Virus record (IMG/VR): IMGVR_UViG_2923084042_000004
Location: 1 to 64,000 of that record
Direction: 5' to 3' (one strand)
DNA length: 64,000 nt
Origin: a virus
Lineage: Duplodnaviria > Caudoviricetes
In this document: positions 10,357 through 21,072 of the stretch, one piece after another
How the letters are laid out: each line of letters starts with the position of its first letter
Position numbering within the stretch: the first letter of the stretch is position 1
Notes under the pieces: model-generated
What the model was told of the DNA's origin: nothing
The model's database searches: none
The model's input: the letters and a program-made list of their open reading frames with translations, nothing else
Translations under genes and position numbers: made by a program

Positions 10357-11580
10357 CTACAACGCTTTAAATGCGAAATCAAATTTAATATAGTTCGTGT
10401 TACTGGATACGCTTTCTACGATGACTTCACCAGTAGATTTGTATGCAATCCGAGCAACCTGTGCCGATCCTGATGCTATTTGTATACAACCCATAGATCG
10501 TGGCGGCCGCATGTTTTCAGGGAGTGTAAAAACAGTCGTTCCAACAACGCCTCCTTTTGCTTCCCCTCGCACCCATACTGTTTTCGACGCGTCAATTCCA
10601 AAAACTACATCTTCGCCGCCGTTGTAGTGAGACCAGCCGTTCTGCAAAGTCGCAACAACCCACGAAAAGTTAGATACGTAAGTCTTGGCATCAGCAAGCG
10701 CCTTATCCGCTTTTTCTTGCGCGCCCTTCGTTGTTTCTTTAGCGTTCCAAGCTGTGCGCTCATCAGCCGTGATATGCCGTGTAGTATCGTCGTCATGTTC
10801 CTTAAATTCTATCTTACTCGCCTGCTGCACGTCATCTACATTCGATAAGCCAATCTGCGCTTTTGTCACAGCGTGTGGGTTACTCGTGTCATTGACATGG
10901 TTATCAAACTCAGTTTTCTTCGCTTGTTTGACATTATCGACGTTAGCTAACCCCACCTGAGCTTTCGTTACCTTGTGAGGATTGTCCGTCTTAGCTGCGT
11001 GTTCGTCCGTATAAGCCTTCGCATTAGCTTCCGCTGCATCTGCCTTTTCTTGCGCTCCCTCTTTCGTTTCAATTCGGTCGAGATCAGAGAACTTCGCTTT
11101 TAATTCGTCGAGCATTGCTGTTTCTTCGTCATACATCGCTATGATTAACGCCTTTAATGATTCGAAATCATCGACGTAATATTCTGCGAGAGGTGCGATG
11201 TTTTGATCCGCAAGACTTTGCGATATTTCAAACCCGAATTTGTGAGCAGAGAGTGATTGCCCGTTCGTATATTTCAGAATGAGTTGACAGTTGAATTTGC
11301 CGTACATTTTGATTTCATCCTCATCTAAAACATACTCTGCGATACCTTTCAACGGATCAACTATCGTGACATCTCGTATTCTCTGCTTACCGCTGGACGG
11401 AACGAGGATTACTTTTCCGGTCACGGCTGATAGTGGCAATGGGATGCCGTCCTTGCGTAAATAAAATATCAACTTTGCCGTATTAATATCTTGCGTTGAA
11501 AATATAAAAGATGATTGGTAATTCCCTTCTGTTATTGCGTTTATATCGAACGCGTAAGAGCCGTTTTTATAAATAGCCAA
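10357..11580 (-). CDS. BppU-family baseplate upper protein / tail fibre
   Basis: FSTQDINTAKLIF N-domain, NPHxVTKAQxGL repeats, C-terminal head domain. Confidence 0.85.
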   Translation of the reverse strand: MAIYKNGSYAFDINAITEGNYQSSFIFSTQDINTAKLIFYLRKDGIPLPLSAVTGKVILVPSSGKQRIRDVTIVDPLKGIAEYVLDEDEIKMYGKFNCQLILKYTNGQSLSAHKFGFEISQSLADQNIAPLAEYYVDDFESLKALIIAMYDEETAMLDELKAKFSDLDRIETKEGAQEKADAAEANAKAYTDEHAAKTDNPHKVTKAQVGLANVDNVKQAKKTEFDNHVNDTSNPHAVTKAQIGLSNVDDVQQASKIEFKEHDDDTTRHITADERTAWNAKETTKGAQEKADKALADAKTYVSNFSWVVATLQNGWSHYNGGEDVVFGIDASKTVWVRGEAKGGVVGTTVFTLPENMRPPRSMGCIQIASGSAQVARIAYKSTGEVIVESVSSNTNYIKFDFAFKAL

Positions 11581-11616
11581 TATCCGTTACCTCCCTTTAA
11601 ATAGTCGCCACTTACA

Positions 11617-13194
11617 TTAATTCAAATACCATTCAAAAATAATCGGGTACCAAGAATTTACATCAGGTGTAGGGTGCCGTGTGGACAATACTTTCACTTT
11701 TCCATTAGGTTGGATTTGACAAACGGCATTGTACCCTCCTGATGTTGGAATTGTAAAGGGCAGCACTCTATCGGGCGACCAATCAGGATAATAGCTTATA
11801 TACTCTGTGTCCATAGTTGTTACGCCTTTTAGTTCAGCTTCTAGTCGTATTTTATTTCCTATTCTTCGTATTCTTGGTTTGCGTTCTGGAACGTAGGCAG
11901 TCGCACCATTTAATAATTCTATGTCCATCCATCCCGTATCTTTGCGAGATTGGTTTACGTTTACATCCAAGGAATATCCCAGCATTCGATTATGCCGTAC
12001 AAGAACAACATCGGCGTTATTCACGACCTGAACTGCAACTAAATCTCCTTTGTACACACAGCACGATTCATTTTCAAAGTTATAGTTGTAAATATTCGGA
12101 ATGAAGTTAGAAAACTTTTTATTGATCGCACTAGCGAGTGAGTCTTTTGTGTAAATATAGTAATTCAAAAGCTCCCCAGTTAGGTTGTACACGGATATAG
12201 CTGGTCTCCCGTTGCTTTTACCGTGTGACATGAATAGGAATCCATCATTTAAGGTCATACCTTGTACCTTCTCTAAATGAGGAATATAGTCTACAGTAAA
12301 ATCAGTGTATAGAACGGGATTCCCCGACTTTATCGATTCCCAAGTGTACACATAAGCATGAATGCTGGATTGATTTACGGTTATCGAAGCAAAATAATAT
12401 TTGTTAGCCGCGTATTTACTACTTACATCAGCTATAATTAAATCCGAGAGCTCTCCTGTATCGTAATTAAAAATGTTATATCCAGACATTTTCGAAGCTT
12501 TAACGATAAAGCATAAGTTACCTTGGTCATTATAAAAAAATGACAGCCCCTCAGTGTATGCGCCAGATTCTATAGGGATTGATTTTCTTTCTTTGAAACT
12601 CCCTGTATCAAGATCGCGAATTTCAATTCTCAGTTCTGTTCCTTCATTTTCTTGGGAAGCAACATAGATTTCATTTGTCAACTCGTTTATATTTGCAGAT
12701 TGCGGCCAAAATAAAGCTTCTTCCCGCGCCTTAAATGTAGTCATCGCTTCCACATTATTCAAATAGCTTAAAGCATCCTGCGAATTGGTTATTAATTCAA
12801 CCGTCTTGTACATTTCTGCTAGTTGATTCTTATTTGCTTCCAGTTGAGTCTTAATTTCTCCCTTATCTGCATCCAATCTTTCTTTCAATACAGGATACAC
12901 AAAACCATCATCGTCTACGCGTGCATCCACAACCTCTTTTATGTTGGTTCCGTCAGCATTTAAAATTAAATTGTTTATTCGGTTTTTCGCTTTCTCAATT
13001 TCGTCTGAGACTGTTAATCCGTCAAAATGGATTATTTGCTCGGACGTATGGGCTGCAGGACCTTTAATGTGAGTCCTTAGATCGCCGTATGCTCCGCTAA
13101 TGTCTTCCGCAATATCTTCTAGATTGTCATTATAGCTGTTTCTAAAATTACGATCGAAAGCGCTGCCCGCTTTTTTGTAAGGGTAATTCGGCAT
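11617..13194 (-). CDS. Putative receptor-binding tail protein
   Basis: EVVDAR...LKERLD stem motif, AT-rich beta-rich central domain, C-terminal head domain. Confidence 0.75.
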   Translation of the reverse strand: MPNYPYKKAGSAFDRNFRNSYNDNLEDIAEDISGAYGDLRTHIKGPAAHTSEQIIHFDGLTVSDEIEKAKNRINNLILNADGTNIKEVVDARVDDDGFVYPVLKERLDADKGEIKTQLEANKNQLAEMYKTVELITNSQDALSYLNNVEAMTTFKAREEALFWPQSANINELTNEIYVASQENEGTELRIEIRDLDTGSFKERKSIPIESGAYTEGLSFFYNDQGNLCFIVKASKMSGYNIFNYDTGELSDLIIADVSSKYAANKYYFASITVNQSSIHAYVYTWESIKSGNPVLYTDFTVDYIPHLEKVQGMTLNDGFLFMSHGKSNGRPAISVYNLTGELLNYYIYTKDSLASAINKKFSNFIPNIYNYNFENESCCVYKGDLVAVQVVNNADVVLVRHNRMLGYSLDVNVNQSRKDTGWMDIELLNGATAYVPERKPRIRRIGNKIRLEAELKGVTTMDTEYISYYPDWSPDRVLPFTIPTSGGYNAVCQIQPNGKVKVLSTRHPTPDVNSWYPIIFEWYLN

Positions 13195-13211
13195 TTGTCT
13201 CCTCCTTCATG

Positions 13212-14747
13212 CTAAATTTTAAATTGCGTATTTATCGCGATGAAAGCGTTCGGAGTCGGGTTGGTACTACTCTCTACGCACACATCCCCGTTCGTCTTTA
13301 CAACTCCGGTGAAAATATAACCCGGTCCAGCCGAACCGCAGAAATAATACGGATAAGTAGGTCGATATTCTATAGGCAGCGTATAGATTGGCGTAGATGT
13401 CCCGATCGTCCCATTCGCGACAACACCCCGTAACACTACCGTCCCTACCATATCCTTGCCGAATTGCACTACGGAGGTTCCGCGGGCGTCCGAGTATTGA
13501 CTCCATCCGTTTTTAAAAGTCGGTGCCGTCCAGGTTATATTCGTTAATCGCGCTTCTAGTGCGGCGGCCGCTCCTCCAGCTTCCTTTGAATCCCATGTTA
13601 ATTTTTGCGCTGCAGTTACGTGGATGTCCGTGTTTTTCACGTGAGCATCTAAGTCGCTCTTAAGTGCTAAACCGGACGTGTTGATCGCGCTTGTTTTAAT
13701 GGTACCGGTCGAAGGATCGATTACTTTATCAACCGTTTTCTTAGTCGTATCAAAGTCCGCGATTAAGTCCGAAGCCTTTTTCGTAACTGATCCGAATGTA
13801 AATACCGGCGGCTTTTTATCGTTTGAATAGTCTTCGATAGTTAAGACACGCAGTTGAACGTTTATATCAAACGGCTCAATAACGCACCATAAATAATCGC
13901 CTTTTCTTACGTCTGTAATGCCCATACTTGCGAGTTCAATAGCCGTGAATGTAAGCGATATTTCCATACTGTCGCCAAGTTTGCTTTTCATCTCCGCTAG
14001 TAACGAAGCTTTATCCGTAAATCTCTCGTCCTTGACCGGTTCAGCGTGCTTTATTCCGTAGATCGATGCTAAGGGACTTGTATACTCCGCCTGGACAACA
14101 TAGGTGCCGTCCTCTCTTTGCTTACCATAACCGCGAATGTATGTCGCAAAGCTACTCGTATCAATCTCTTTCTCCGGCTCACTGACGTTGTATTTATACC
14201 GCAGGAAAGGTTCGTCTTTTTTGCTGCCGATCTTCTTCGCAATGAAAATGTGCTTTCCGACGTAATCAAATTCCGCGCCAAACTTTTCGAGAATGCTTCG
14301 CAGTAAAGCTAACGAATTATCCCAACCGAAGTTCTGAACCTCAACCGATGTCGGCAGGTCCGTATTATCCACCTCGTACGTATAGCCGGTGCCCTTTAAC
14401 GCAAAATCGAGCATCGCATTTATTCGCAGCGTGCCCGATTTCTCTTCGTAAACTCGATAGTTTATCAAGTCGTCAAATATGCGATGAAGTGCCGTCACTT
14501 CGACGCCCACACCGTTTTTAAACGTTTTTTCCTTATGCGTTTTGATCACGTACTCCTCGTCTTTATAGATGAGGATATTTTCGTTTTTCACGAGTTTATA
14601 GCCGTGCTGATTAATCTCCGTCTTATAGCCCGTCACACTTAACGTCTTCTCGCCTTCGACACCGTTACTTCGCGTTACATAAAATCCCGGCAGAGGTTCG
14701 GCGATTCCTGATATGTCTTTAACAGCTAATATAGCCATCGCATACAC
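13212..14747 (-). CDS. Tail spike / Tal (prophage endopeptidase-tail family)
   Basis: Follows Dit; ATYIRGYGK and YTSPLASIYG motifs. Confidence 0.85.
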   Translation of the reverse strand: MYAMAILAVKDISGIAEPLPGFYVTRSNGVEGEKTLSVTGYKTEINQHGYKLVKNENILIYKDEEYVIKTHKEKTFKNGVGVEVTALHRIFDDLINYRVYEEKSGTLRINAMLDFALKGTGYTYEVDNTDLPTSVEVQNFGWDNSLALLRSILEKFGAEFDYVGKHIFIAKKIGSKKDEPFLRYKYNVSEPEKEIDTSSFATYIRGYGKQREDGTYVVQAEYTSPLASIYGIKHAEPVKDERFTDKASLLAEMKSKLGDSMEISLTFTAIELASMGITDVRKGDYLWCVIEPFDINVQLRVLTIEDYSNDKKPPVFTFGSVTKKASDLIADFDTTKKTVDKVIDPSTGTIKTSAINTSGLALKSDLDAHVKNTDIHVTAAQKLTWDSKEAGGAAAALEARLTNITWTAPTFKNGWSQYSDARGTSVVQFGKDMVGTVVLRGVVANGTIGTSTPIYTLPIEYRPTYPYYFCGSAGPGYIFTGVVKTNGDVCVESSTNPTPNAFIAINTQFKI

Positions 14748-15566
14748 CTACTTATATAGAAAGTGGAAATCGAAAGATATTTCGAAGCTTCCCGACGTGC
14801 CGGAAAGTTCAACCTCGTTCCAACCGGGCGCAAGCGAAATATAACCTCGATTCGTATTAGCGTATATGGTCGCGCCGTTCTTTAAATGGCGAAGGCCTTC
14901 GAGTGTGATCGTATCGCTAGTTCCGGAGCTCCCCGTATATGATACCGCTTGGTTTGTCGTTTTGTTTGTAATCGCGAAGTTATTTGAAGCGCCTTTATAT
15001 ACGATATTTAACGGAACGTCTTCGGAGGGATCTACGGTAACATTGCCGGCATTATAGACACGAAACCTAGTCGTTGTGAACCGATATTTCATATCGTCAG
15101 ATAAAATCATCCCTTGCGATATTTGCCACTTATCGGAATCAAACGTTAACGGGTCGAGCGTCGAACCTAAAGAAGCCGCAAAAGGAAAAGCAGCCGTAAA
15201 CTCAACCGTAAGTTTCCCGCTCCTGGGCGTGATGTATTCCGGTTCGTACGTGCTGCTTACCTTTACGGACCAAACCTTTCCGGGCTGTCGCGAATCTATT
15301 ATTTCCATTTCGTTCTGCGTCGCGAATAAATCGTACACCTCGTCTAATAGTAAATGATAATCGATATGATCGACGCCTTTAAAAAGAAAGACGGCCGTTA
15401 GCTTACGAACATCGAAGGTCGTACCCATATCGATTGATCCGTTGCGGCCGTCTACTTCCTGAAGATCTGTACGGTGGGTTAACGAGTCCTTGCGAAAACT
15501 AAGGAGACGCAAACCGAAATTACGGTGATCGATCGTTTCACCGTTTTTTATAATTATTAGATGCAC
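14748..15566 (-). CDS. Distal tail protein (Dit)
   Basis: Follows TMP; YNAGNVTVDP and LAPGWN motifs. Confidence 0.85.
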   Translation of the reverse strand: MHLIIIKNGETIDHRNFGLRLLSFRKDSLTHRTDLQEVDGRNGSIDMGTTFDVRKLTAVFLFKGVDHIDYHLLLDEVYDLFATQNEMEIIDSRQPGKVWSVKVSSTYEPEYITPRSGKLTVEFTAAFPFAASLGSTLDPLTFDSDKWQISQGMILSDDMKYRFTTTRFRVYNAGNVTVDPSEDVPLNIVYKGASNNFAITNKTTNQAVSYTGSSGTSDTITLEGLRHLKNGATIYANTNRGYISLAPGWNEVELSGTSGSFEISFDFHFLYK

Positions 15567-18500
15567 TACCGATCACCCCTAAATAATCTTTTCATCGTAG
15601 CTTGTTGCGCTTGCGAGCTGTCGACGTAGTTAGTTAAAGCGTCCTTGTCTACGCGTACGCTCGGATCTTTTTGCGCGATTATATTAAGTGCCGCCAAAGA
15701 TCGTTGCTCAACGCTAACTAAGCGCTCAAGTAGGTTCGCTACAACCGTCTGATCTGTTCCACTTTCTATGCCTAATTTCTTACCAGTTTCTTTATAAAGC
15801 TGAAGCGCTCGTTGACGGTTGTTCTTTAACGGAATAACAGCTTCCGGACCTTCTTCCGCAACCCAAGCAAGCTGTTTCTGCGTTACGATGTCGCCGATTT
15901 TGTAACCTTTATACGGGCCACCTGCGCGCATTGACTTGATGCCCGGCGTATTGAATACTGTTCCGTAGCGCGAAATGATGTACCGGATTGCTGCAACCGC
16001 ATTGTGGACCGGATTCATTATATCGCCCATGCCTTTCATCTTATGCGAATCAAACGTTGTTCTAATTGTCTGCATAAGCCCCATCGACGGTGTTCCGCGC
16101 TTCCAGTTGCTATCCCATTTGTTGATCGTAGAAGGTCCAGTACGTCCTCCTGATTCCTTCATCGCCATGGTCGTTAAAGGACCGAACCAATTGCTTGGAA
16201 CCTTCGTAATCTCCATCGCTTTCCGAATCCACTGCTTAACGTTGCCTGTCGCTTTTTCTCCGCTTCCGAAACCGCCGCCAAAATCATCTATTTGCTTCTT
16301 GACGAAGCCGACCATTGACGACTTAATCTTTTCATAGGCCCCTTTCGCCATACTACCGAATACGCCAGAGATTTCCGGAAGTTTTAGGCCGAGACTGTCG
16401 GCAACTTTCGAGACTAGTTTCTTCGGATCTGAAACGTAATCCCATACGTCAAAAGCGAATTCTTTGACTTTGTTAACGGCACCTTTCGCGACATTAACGA
16501 CGGTGTCTTTCGCACCTGAAACTGCGTCGACGCCTTTTTCGAATAGGTTTTTCTTCTTCGTACCTTTCTTAAAGGCCGGGATACCTTGCGCGATAAGTTT
16601 TTTCGTCATGTTATGCGGAAGGACTTGCGTTCCTTTCGGCAAATTAAATAGCGTATCTCTGCCGGGACTTAGGCCGGTAAATCCGGAAGGTGTACGGAAT
16701 AATTCAGGACCACCACCATCGCCGAGGATTGCTGGACCGCCTGGATGTCCGCCTGCTGACGTACCTTTCGCGTATCTAGGAATCTCTAATTTCGGAATGT
16801 AATGCTTTTTGTCAACGCCGATTAGCCCTAGAACTTTGTTGATTCCGTTCTGCGTTAAACCATTGACAATTCCTTCGATGCCACCAAGAAGTTTATTACC
16901 TAAAGATTTAACTCCACCCATAGCCTTATGCGCCATGTTTTTAATTCCATCGCCTATCTTACCGGGAAGTTCTTTCGCATTTGTAACCATCTTGTCAAAA
17001 GTTTCAACCGCAAAATCTTTTATTCGTTTAAAGAATTTTTTAGTATTTCCCCACAAAGAGTCCCAAGCATTTACCGCACCGTCGACTACTTTTCCTGCCA
17101 GGTTTTTAACAGTTCCCCATATACTGTTCCATATACTCTTCAGAAATCCCCATATCGCATTAAAAACAGAAGAAGTTACAGACTTTATTAGGTTCCACGC
17201 AGTTGTAACAGCTAATAAAACTAAGTTAACGGCACCTTTTATAACAGAACCAATAATTGTCCACACGCTCTTCAGTATCCCTAAAACCGCATTCCAGACA
17301 CCTTCCCAATCCCCTTTAAGTAAAGATGAGAACAGATTGATAATGTTTGTAACAATGCCCAGAGCGCCTTTTATTACACCAACAATAACAGGGAATACTA
17401 TCTGCACGACTTTGAGTATGAATTGTATTGCAGGTATCAAGACATTTTGAATTATAAAAGAAACAGTTTGAAGTATTGCTACAATAACTGGAACTGATGC
17501 TTGTATAACAGCCAAAACTATTGGAAATACTGCCTGCACTGCACTAAGAATGAGTGGAAGTATATTAACTGCTAAATCATTTATTACTGAGGCGAATAAC
17601 TTAATTATCGTTAAGACAACTGGCATAACCGCTTGGATTATTGACAGAATAACTGGAAAAATTGTTTGAACTGCGCTCGATAGCAGTGGTAATAAAACGC
17701 TCGCAATTACTTGAATTACAGGAACAAACGCTTTAATGATACTTAATATTGGTGGAAATACTGATTGAACAATGCTCAGTATCGGTGGAAGTAGTGACGT
17801 AAACCCTTGAACAAGTATCGGAATTACTGCCGTTACGATTTCTGTAACGACCTGTAACAACGTGCCTTGGACCTGCGCCCACACGCTTACTAGTCCACCA
17901 ACCAAGCTTATGATTCCCGGAAGAACCTGCGCAAAAGCACCCGCCAATTCTCCGAGTAAAGGCGTAATTTGAACAACCACATCAGAAAACGCAGCTCCTA
18001 AAGAACCCGCTAAACTTACAAACGTCGTACCTAATTGCGCGAATGCCGGACCGAGCTCTGCAATCGCTGCGCCTAAATCCGCAAATGCCGGCTTTAACGT
18101 AGCAAGACTCGTAACCATAACGTTCATCGTTTCCGCAAACTGTGGCGCTAGTTCAGCCGCAATCTGGCCGAAGTATTGACTAAACGCGTCAAACACCGGT
18201 TGCAACGCCGTCATTGCGCTGCTAATAACGCTTGATACTTGCGACCAAACAGTCGTAACCGAGTTGCGAAATTGTTCGTTAGATTGGTAAAGTCGGAATA
18301 AGAATCCGGCCAAGCTGACCAACGCTGTAATCGCGAAGCCAATCGGCCCAGATACGCCCATTAATGCCAAACCAAACGCTGTGATCGTCGGCGCAACGAT
18401 GGAAATAACGCCGCTTACGCTTGAGAATGCCGTTTTAAGCTGCGCGAAGAACACGCCCGCAGCTTCCGATACTTTAGCTCCGATTCCTTGAGCGAAAAAC

Positions 18501-21058
18501 TCCGATGCTTTCTGGCCGATTGAATAAAAGAACGATCCGATTGCGCTGATAGCCGCATTAAATCCGCTTTGTATTGCGGTACCTATGTTAACTGCTCCCG
18601 CTGCAAACCCGTTCCACATGGCCGGCCCTTTTTCGAGCAAATACGCTGCTACGCGATCGACTGCCGCTACGATTCCGTCAAAAGCTACCTTCGCGCCGTT
18701 ATATGCGACTAAGGCTCCGGCTTTGATTGCGTTAAACACTACGCCGAGAAGTTTCTGTAACTGCTCCGAGTGTTTGTATACGAGAACAAAGACAGTAACT
18801 AGTGCGGCTATGCCCGCTATTGTTAACGAAATTGGACTCGTTAGGGCCGCTAATATCGACGTAAATATTCCCATCATGCCGCCTGCCGCCGCAATCTTAA
18901 CCGACAAAAGCCCCCACGCGATTTGTAAAGAACCTAAACCGACGAGTGCGCCTCCGATTCCGGCTAGCAAAACGCCAAGTACAGTTATAACGCCGAGAAT
19001 GGCCGCAGTCGCCGCTAGCGTGATAGCAACGAATTTCTGCATACCTGGCGATAGATTATTGAACGCGTCAACGACCTTTTGAAGCACGGCAACTAACGCC
19101 GATACGACCGGAGTTAAGGCTTTACCGATGTTAATCTGCGCTGTTTCGAATGCGCCCGAAAGCTCTTCGATCCGACCTTTAAGGTTATTCATCCGCTCAG
19201 CCGCAACATCGGCCGCTTTGATTTTTCCCATCGCTTTCGCCATGTCGTTAAATCCTTTAGAGCCCTCTTTTCCGAGGATCAACGCACCGCGGATTGCGTC
19301 AGAACCGAATATTTTATACAGCGCTTCTTGCTTATCCTTCGCAGTCATGCCGTCAAGGGCTTTCGAAAGCTCTCCGGAGATTTCCGTCATACTTTTGATG
19401 TTCCCTTGCGCATCGAAAAATTTGTTATCCATTATGCCAAGTGCGTTAGACGCCTTAGAAAACGCCTTTTCGAAGCTGTCCGTTCCTTTCTTAAGTCCGG
19501 TACTTTTTTCTACGTACTTGTCTAACGCATTATATACGTCGCCGAGGTTCTTGCTTGCCGGCTTAAATCCTTCCTTAGAAAGGACATCGAACGCCTTATT
19601 CGTATCCAACGTTACTAGACCGAGAGATTCCATCGTCGTATAAGCGCCTTCAGTCATCGGCACTAAACGGCTGAGCATCGTTTTAAGTGACGTACCCGCA
19701 TCCGATCCTTTAAGACCGTTCTGCGCGAAAACAGCGAGCGCCGTCGCCGTATCTTTAAACGTCAGCCCCATTCCGGCAGCAACCGCAGAAGTCATCGATA
19801 ACCCGTACTTCATCTCTTGTACGTCGGTTGCCGAAGAGTTGGCCGCCCCTGCCAGAATATCCGCTGCTTGCGCTACGCTGAGGTTATCGTCCTTAAACGC
19901 ATTAAGCGCAGTCGAAGCGATTTCCGCCGCATCTGCCAATTCAAGACCGCCCGCCGTTGCTAACGATAGCGCTCCGGAAAGACCGCCGTTTATAATATCC
20001 TGCGTAGATACACCGGCTTTAACGAGTTCTTCCATACCCTGCGCTGCCTCTAGCGCGCTGTATTTCGTATCAGCACCGAGTTTGACCGCTAGGTTCGTTA
20101 AAGCATCGCTGTACTTATTCGCTTCTTCCGGATTCATAACCGATTTAACGTTCGACATTTGCTGTTCGAAGTCCATCGACTTTTTAGTCGCAAGGCCGAG
20201 CGCTCCGCCAACCGCTAAGGTAGCCGCGCCGAATGATGTCGCGATTTCCGAGCCGATCGACTGTAAGTTTCCTCCGACCGTCCGAAGGTTTTCGCCACTT
20301 TCTTGGGCTTGCGTTCCCATGCGATGCCATGCGTTGGCTTGCTGATTAATTTGCGTCGTAGTCGATCTTAATTGCGCCTGCGTTTCGCGTAGTTGTGCGG
20401 TCGCTTCGTTCATACGAGCGCTAAGTTCCTGCGTTTCTTGTGCGTCCTCGCCTTTTGCGCGTTTAGATTCGAGATATAAACGGCGAAGGTCTTTAAGGCG
20501 CTGCTGCTGAAGATCAATCGATTTGTTTAAGTGGTCGGCTTTCTGCCTCAGTTGGTCCGAGGTCGATCCGAAGTTATCAACGCCAGCCGTTGACGCTTTG
20601 AACGCAGCATCAAGCGCACGCATTTTCGTCGTGATCGTATTGACGCTCGCGTTTAGCTTAGCGCCTAGCTGTGCGAAACCTGTACTCTGTTCCTTAATCC
20701 GTTTGTTGACGAGATCGAGTTGGTCCTCGGTTTTCCTCATGGCCGCTAACGCTTTGTTGTACTGCGTTAGTAACTTAACGGAGGCAGCCGCATCTTTTCC
20801 TTTTGTCCGCACGCTTTCTTCGTACTGTCGCTTAAGATCGGTTAGTTTCGCTTTGTGTACTTGTAGCGTCCGATTTAGTACGTTCGCTTTCTGATTAAGA
20901 GTATCGAGACTATTATCGAATTTACCTGCGCCAGCCATAGTCGCCTTGAATTCGCTATTAAGCGCACCGAGCTTTCGGTTGATATCTGCAAGGCCACGCG
21001 TTAGGTCTGCGCTTTCTAGTCCGATACTGACTCGCAATGAGCCGAGTGATTCCGCCAT
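15566..21058 (-). CDS. Tape measure protein with C-terminal lytic transglycosylase
   Basis: 1830 aa; TP901-type core (GSDAGTSLK), amphipathic repeats, ESGG...SMGLMQ SLT motif. Confidence 0.95.
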   Translation of the reverse strand: MAESLGSLRVSIGLESADLTRGLADINRKLGALNSEFKATMAGAGKFDNSLDTLNQKANVLNRTLQVHKAKLTDLKRQYEESVRTKGKDAAASVKLLTQYNKALAAMRKTEDQLDLVNKRIKEQSTGFAQLGAKLNASVNTITTKMRALDAAFKASTAGVDNFGSTSDQLRQKADHLNKSIDLQQQRLKDLRRLYLESKRAKGEDAQETQELSARMNEATAQLRETQAQLRSTTTQINQQANAWHRMGTQAQESGENLRTVGGNLQSIGSEIATSFGAATLAVGGALGLATKKSMDFEQQMSNVKSVMNPEEANKYSDALTNLAVKLGADTKYSALEAAQGMEELVKAGVSTQDIINGGLSGALSLATAGGLELADAAEIASTALNAFKDDNLSVAQAADILAGAANSSATDVQEMKYGLSMTSAVAAGMGLTFKDTATALAVFAQNGLKGSDAGTSLKTMLSRLVPMTEGAYTTMESLGLVTLDTNKAFDVLSKEGFKPASKNLGDVYNALDKYVEKSTGLKKGTDSFEKAFSKASNALGIMDNKFFDAQGNIKSMTEISGELSKALDGMTAKDKQEALYKIFGSDAIRGALILGKEGSKGFNDMAKAMGKIKAADVAAERMNNLKGRIEELSGAFETAQINIGKALTPVVSALVAVLQKVVDAFNNLSPGMQKFVAITLAATAAILGVITVLGVLLAGIGGALVGLGSLQIAWGLLSVKIAAAGGMMGIFTSILAALTSPISLTIAGIAALVTVFVLVYKHSEQLQKLLGVVFNAIKAGALVAYNGAKVAFDGIVAAVDRVAAYLLEKGPAMWNGFAAGAVNIGTAIQSGFNAAISAIGSFFYSIGQKASEFFAQGIGAKVSEAAGVFFAQLKTAFSSVSGVISIVAPTITAFGLALMGVSGPIGFAITALVSLAGFLFRLYQSNEQFRNSVTTVWSQVSSVISSAMTALQPVFDAFSQYFGQIAAELAPQFAETMNVMVTSLATLKPAFADLGAAIAELGPAFAQLGTTFVSLAGSLGAAFSDVVVQITPLLGELAGAFAQVLPGIISLVGGLVSVWAQVQGTLLQVVTEIVTAVIPILVQGFTSLLPPILSIVQSVFPPILSIIKAFVPVIQVIASVLLPLLSSAVQTIFPVILSIIQAVMPVVLTIIKLFASVINDLAVNILPLILSAVQAVFPIVLAVIQASVPVIVAILQTVSFIIQNVLIPAIQFILKVVQIVFPVIVGVIKGALGIVTNIINLFSSLLKGDWEGVWNAVLGILKSVWTIIGSVIKGAVNLVLLAVTTAWNLIKSVTSSVFNAIWGFLKSIWNSIWGTVKNLAGKVVDGAVNAWDSLWGNTKKFFKRIKDFAVETFDKMVTNAKELPGKIGDGIKNMAHKAMGGVKSLGNKLLGGIEGIVNGLTQNGINKVLGLIGVDKKHYIPKLEIPRYAKGTSAGGHPGGPAILGDGGGPELFRTPSGFTGLSPGRDTLFNLPKGTQVLPHNMTKKLIAQGIPAFKKGTKKKNLFEKGVDAVSGAKDTVVNVAKGAVNKVKEFAFDVWDYVSDPKKLVSKVADSLGLKLPEISGVFGSMAKGAYEKIKSSMVGFVKKQIDDFGGGFGSGEKATGNVKQWIRKAMEITKVPSNWFGPLTTMAMKESGGRTGPSTINKWDSNWKRGTPSMGLMQTIRTTFDSHKMKGMGDIMNPVHNAVAAIRYIISRYGTVFNTPGIKSMRAGGPYKGYKIGDIVTQKQLAWVAEEGPEAVIPLKNNRQRALQLYKETGKKLGIESGTDQTVVANLLERLVSVEQRSLAALNIIAQKDPSVRVDKDALTNYVDSSQAQQATMKRLFRGDR

Positions 21059-21072
21059 GCTTTACCTCCTTT

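Noticed and set aside
10357-14747. Diversity-generating retroelement or invertible tail cassette
   Set aside because: Similarity among the C-termini is only at protein level; no reverse transcriptase, invertase or near-identical DNA repeats seen.
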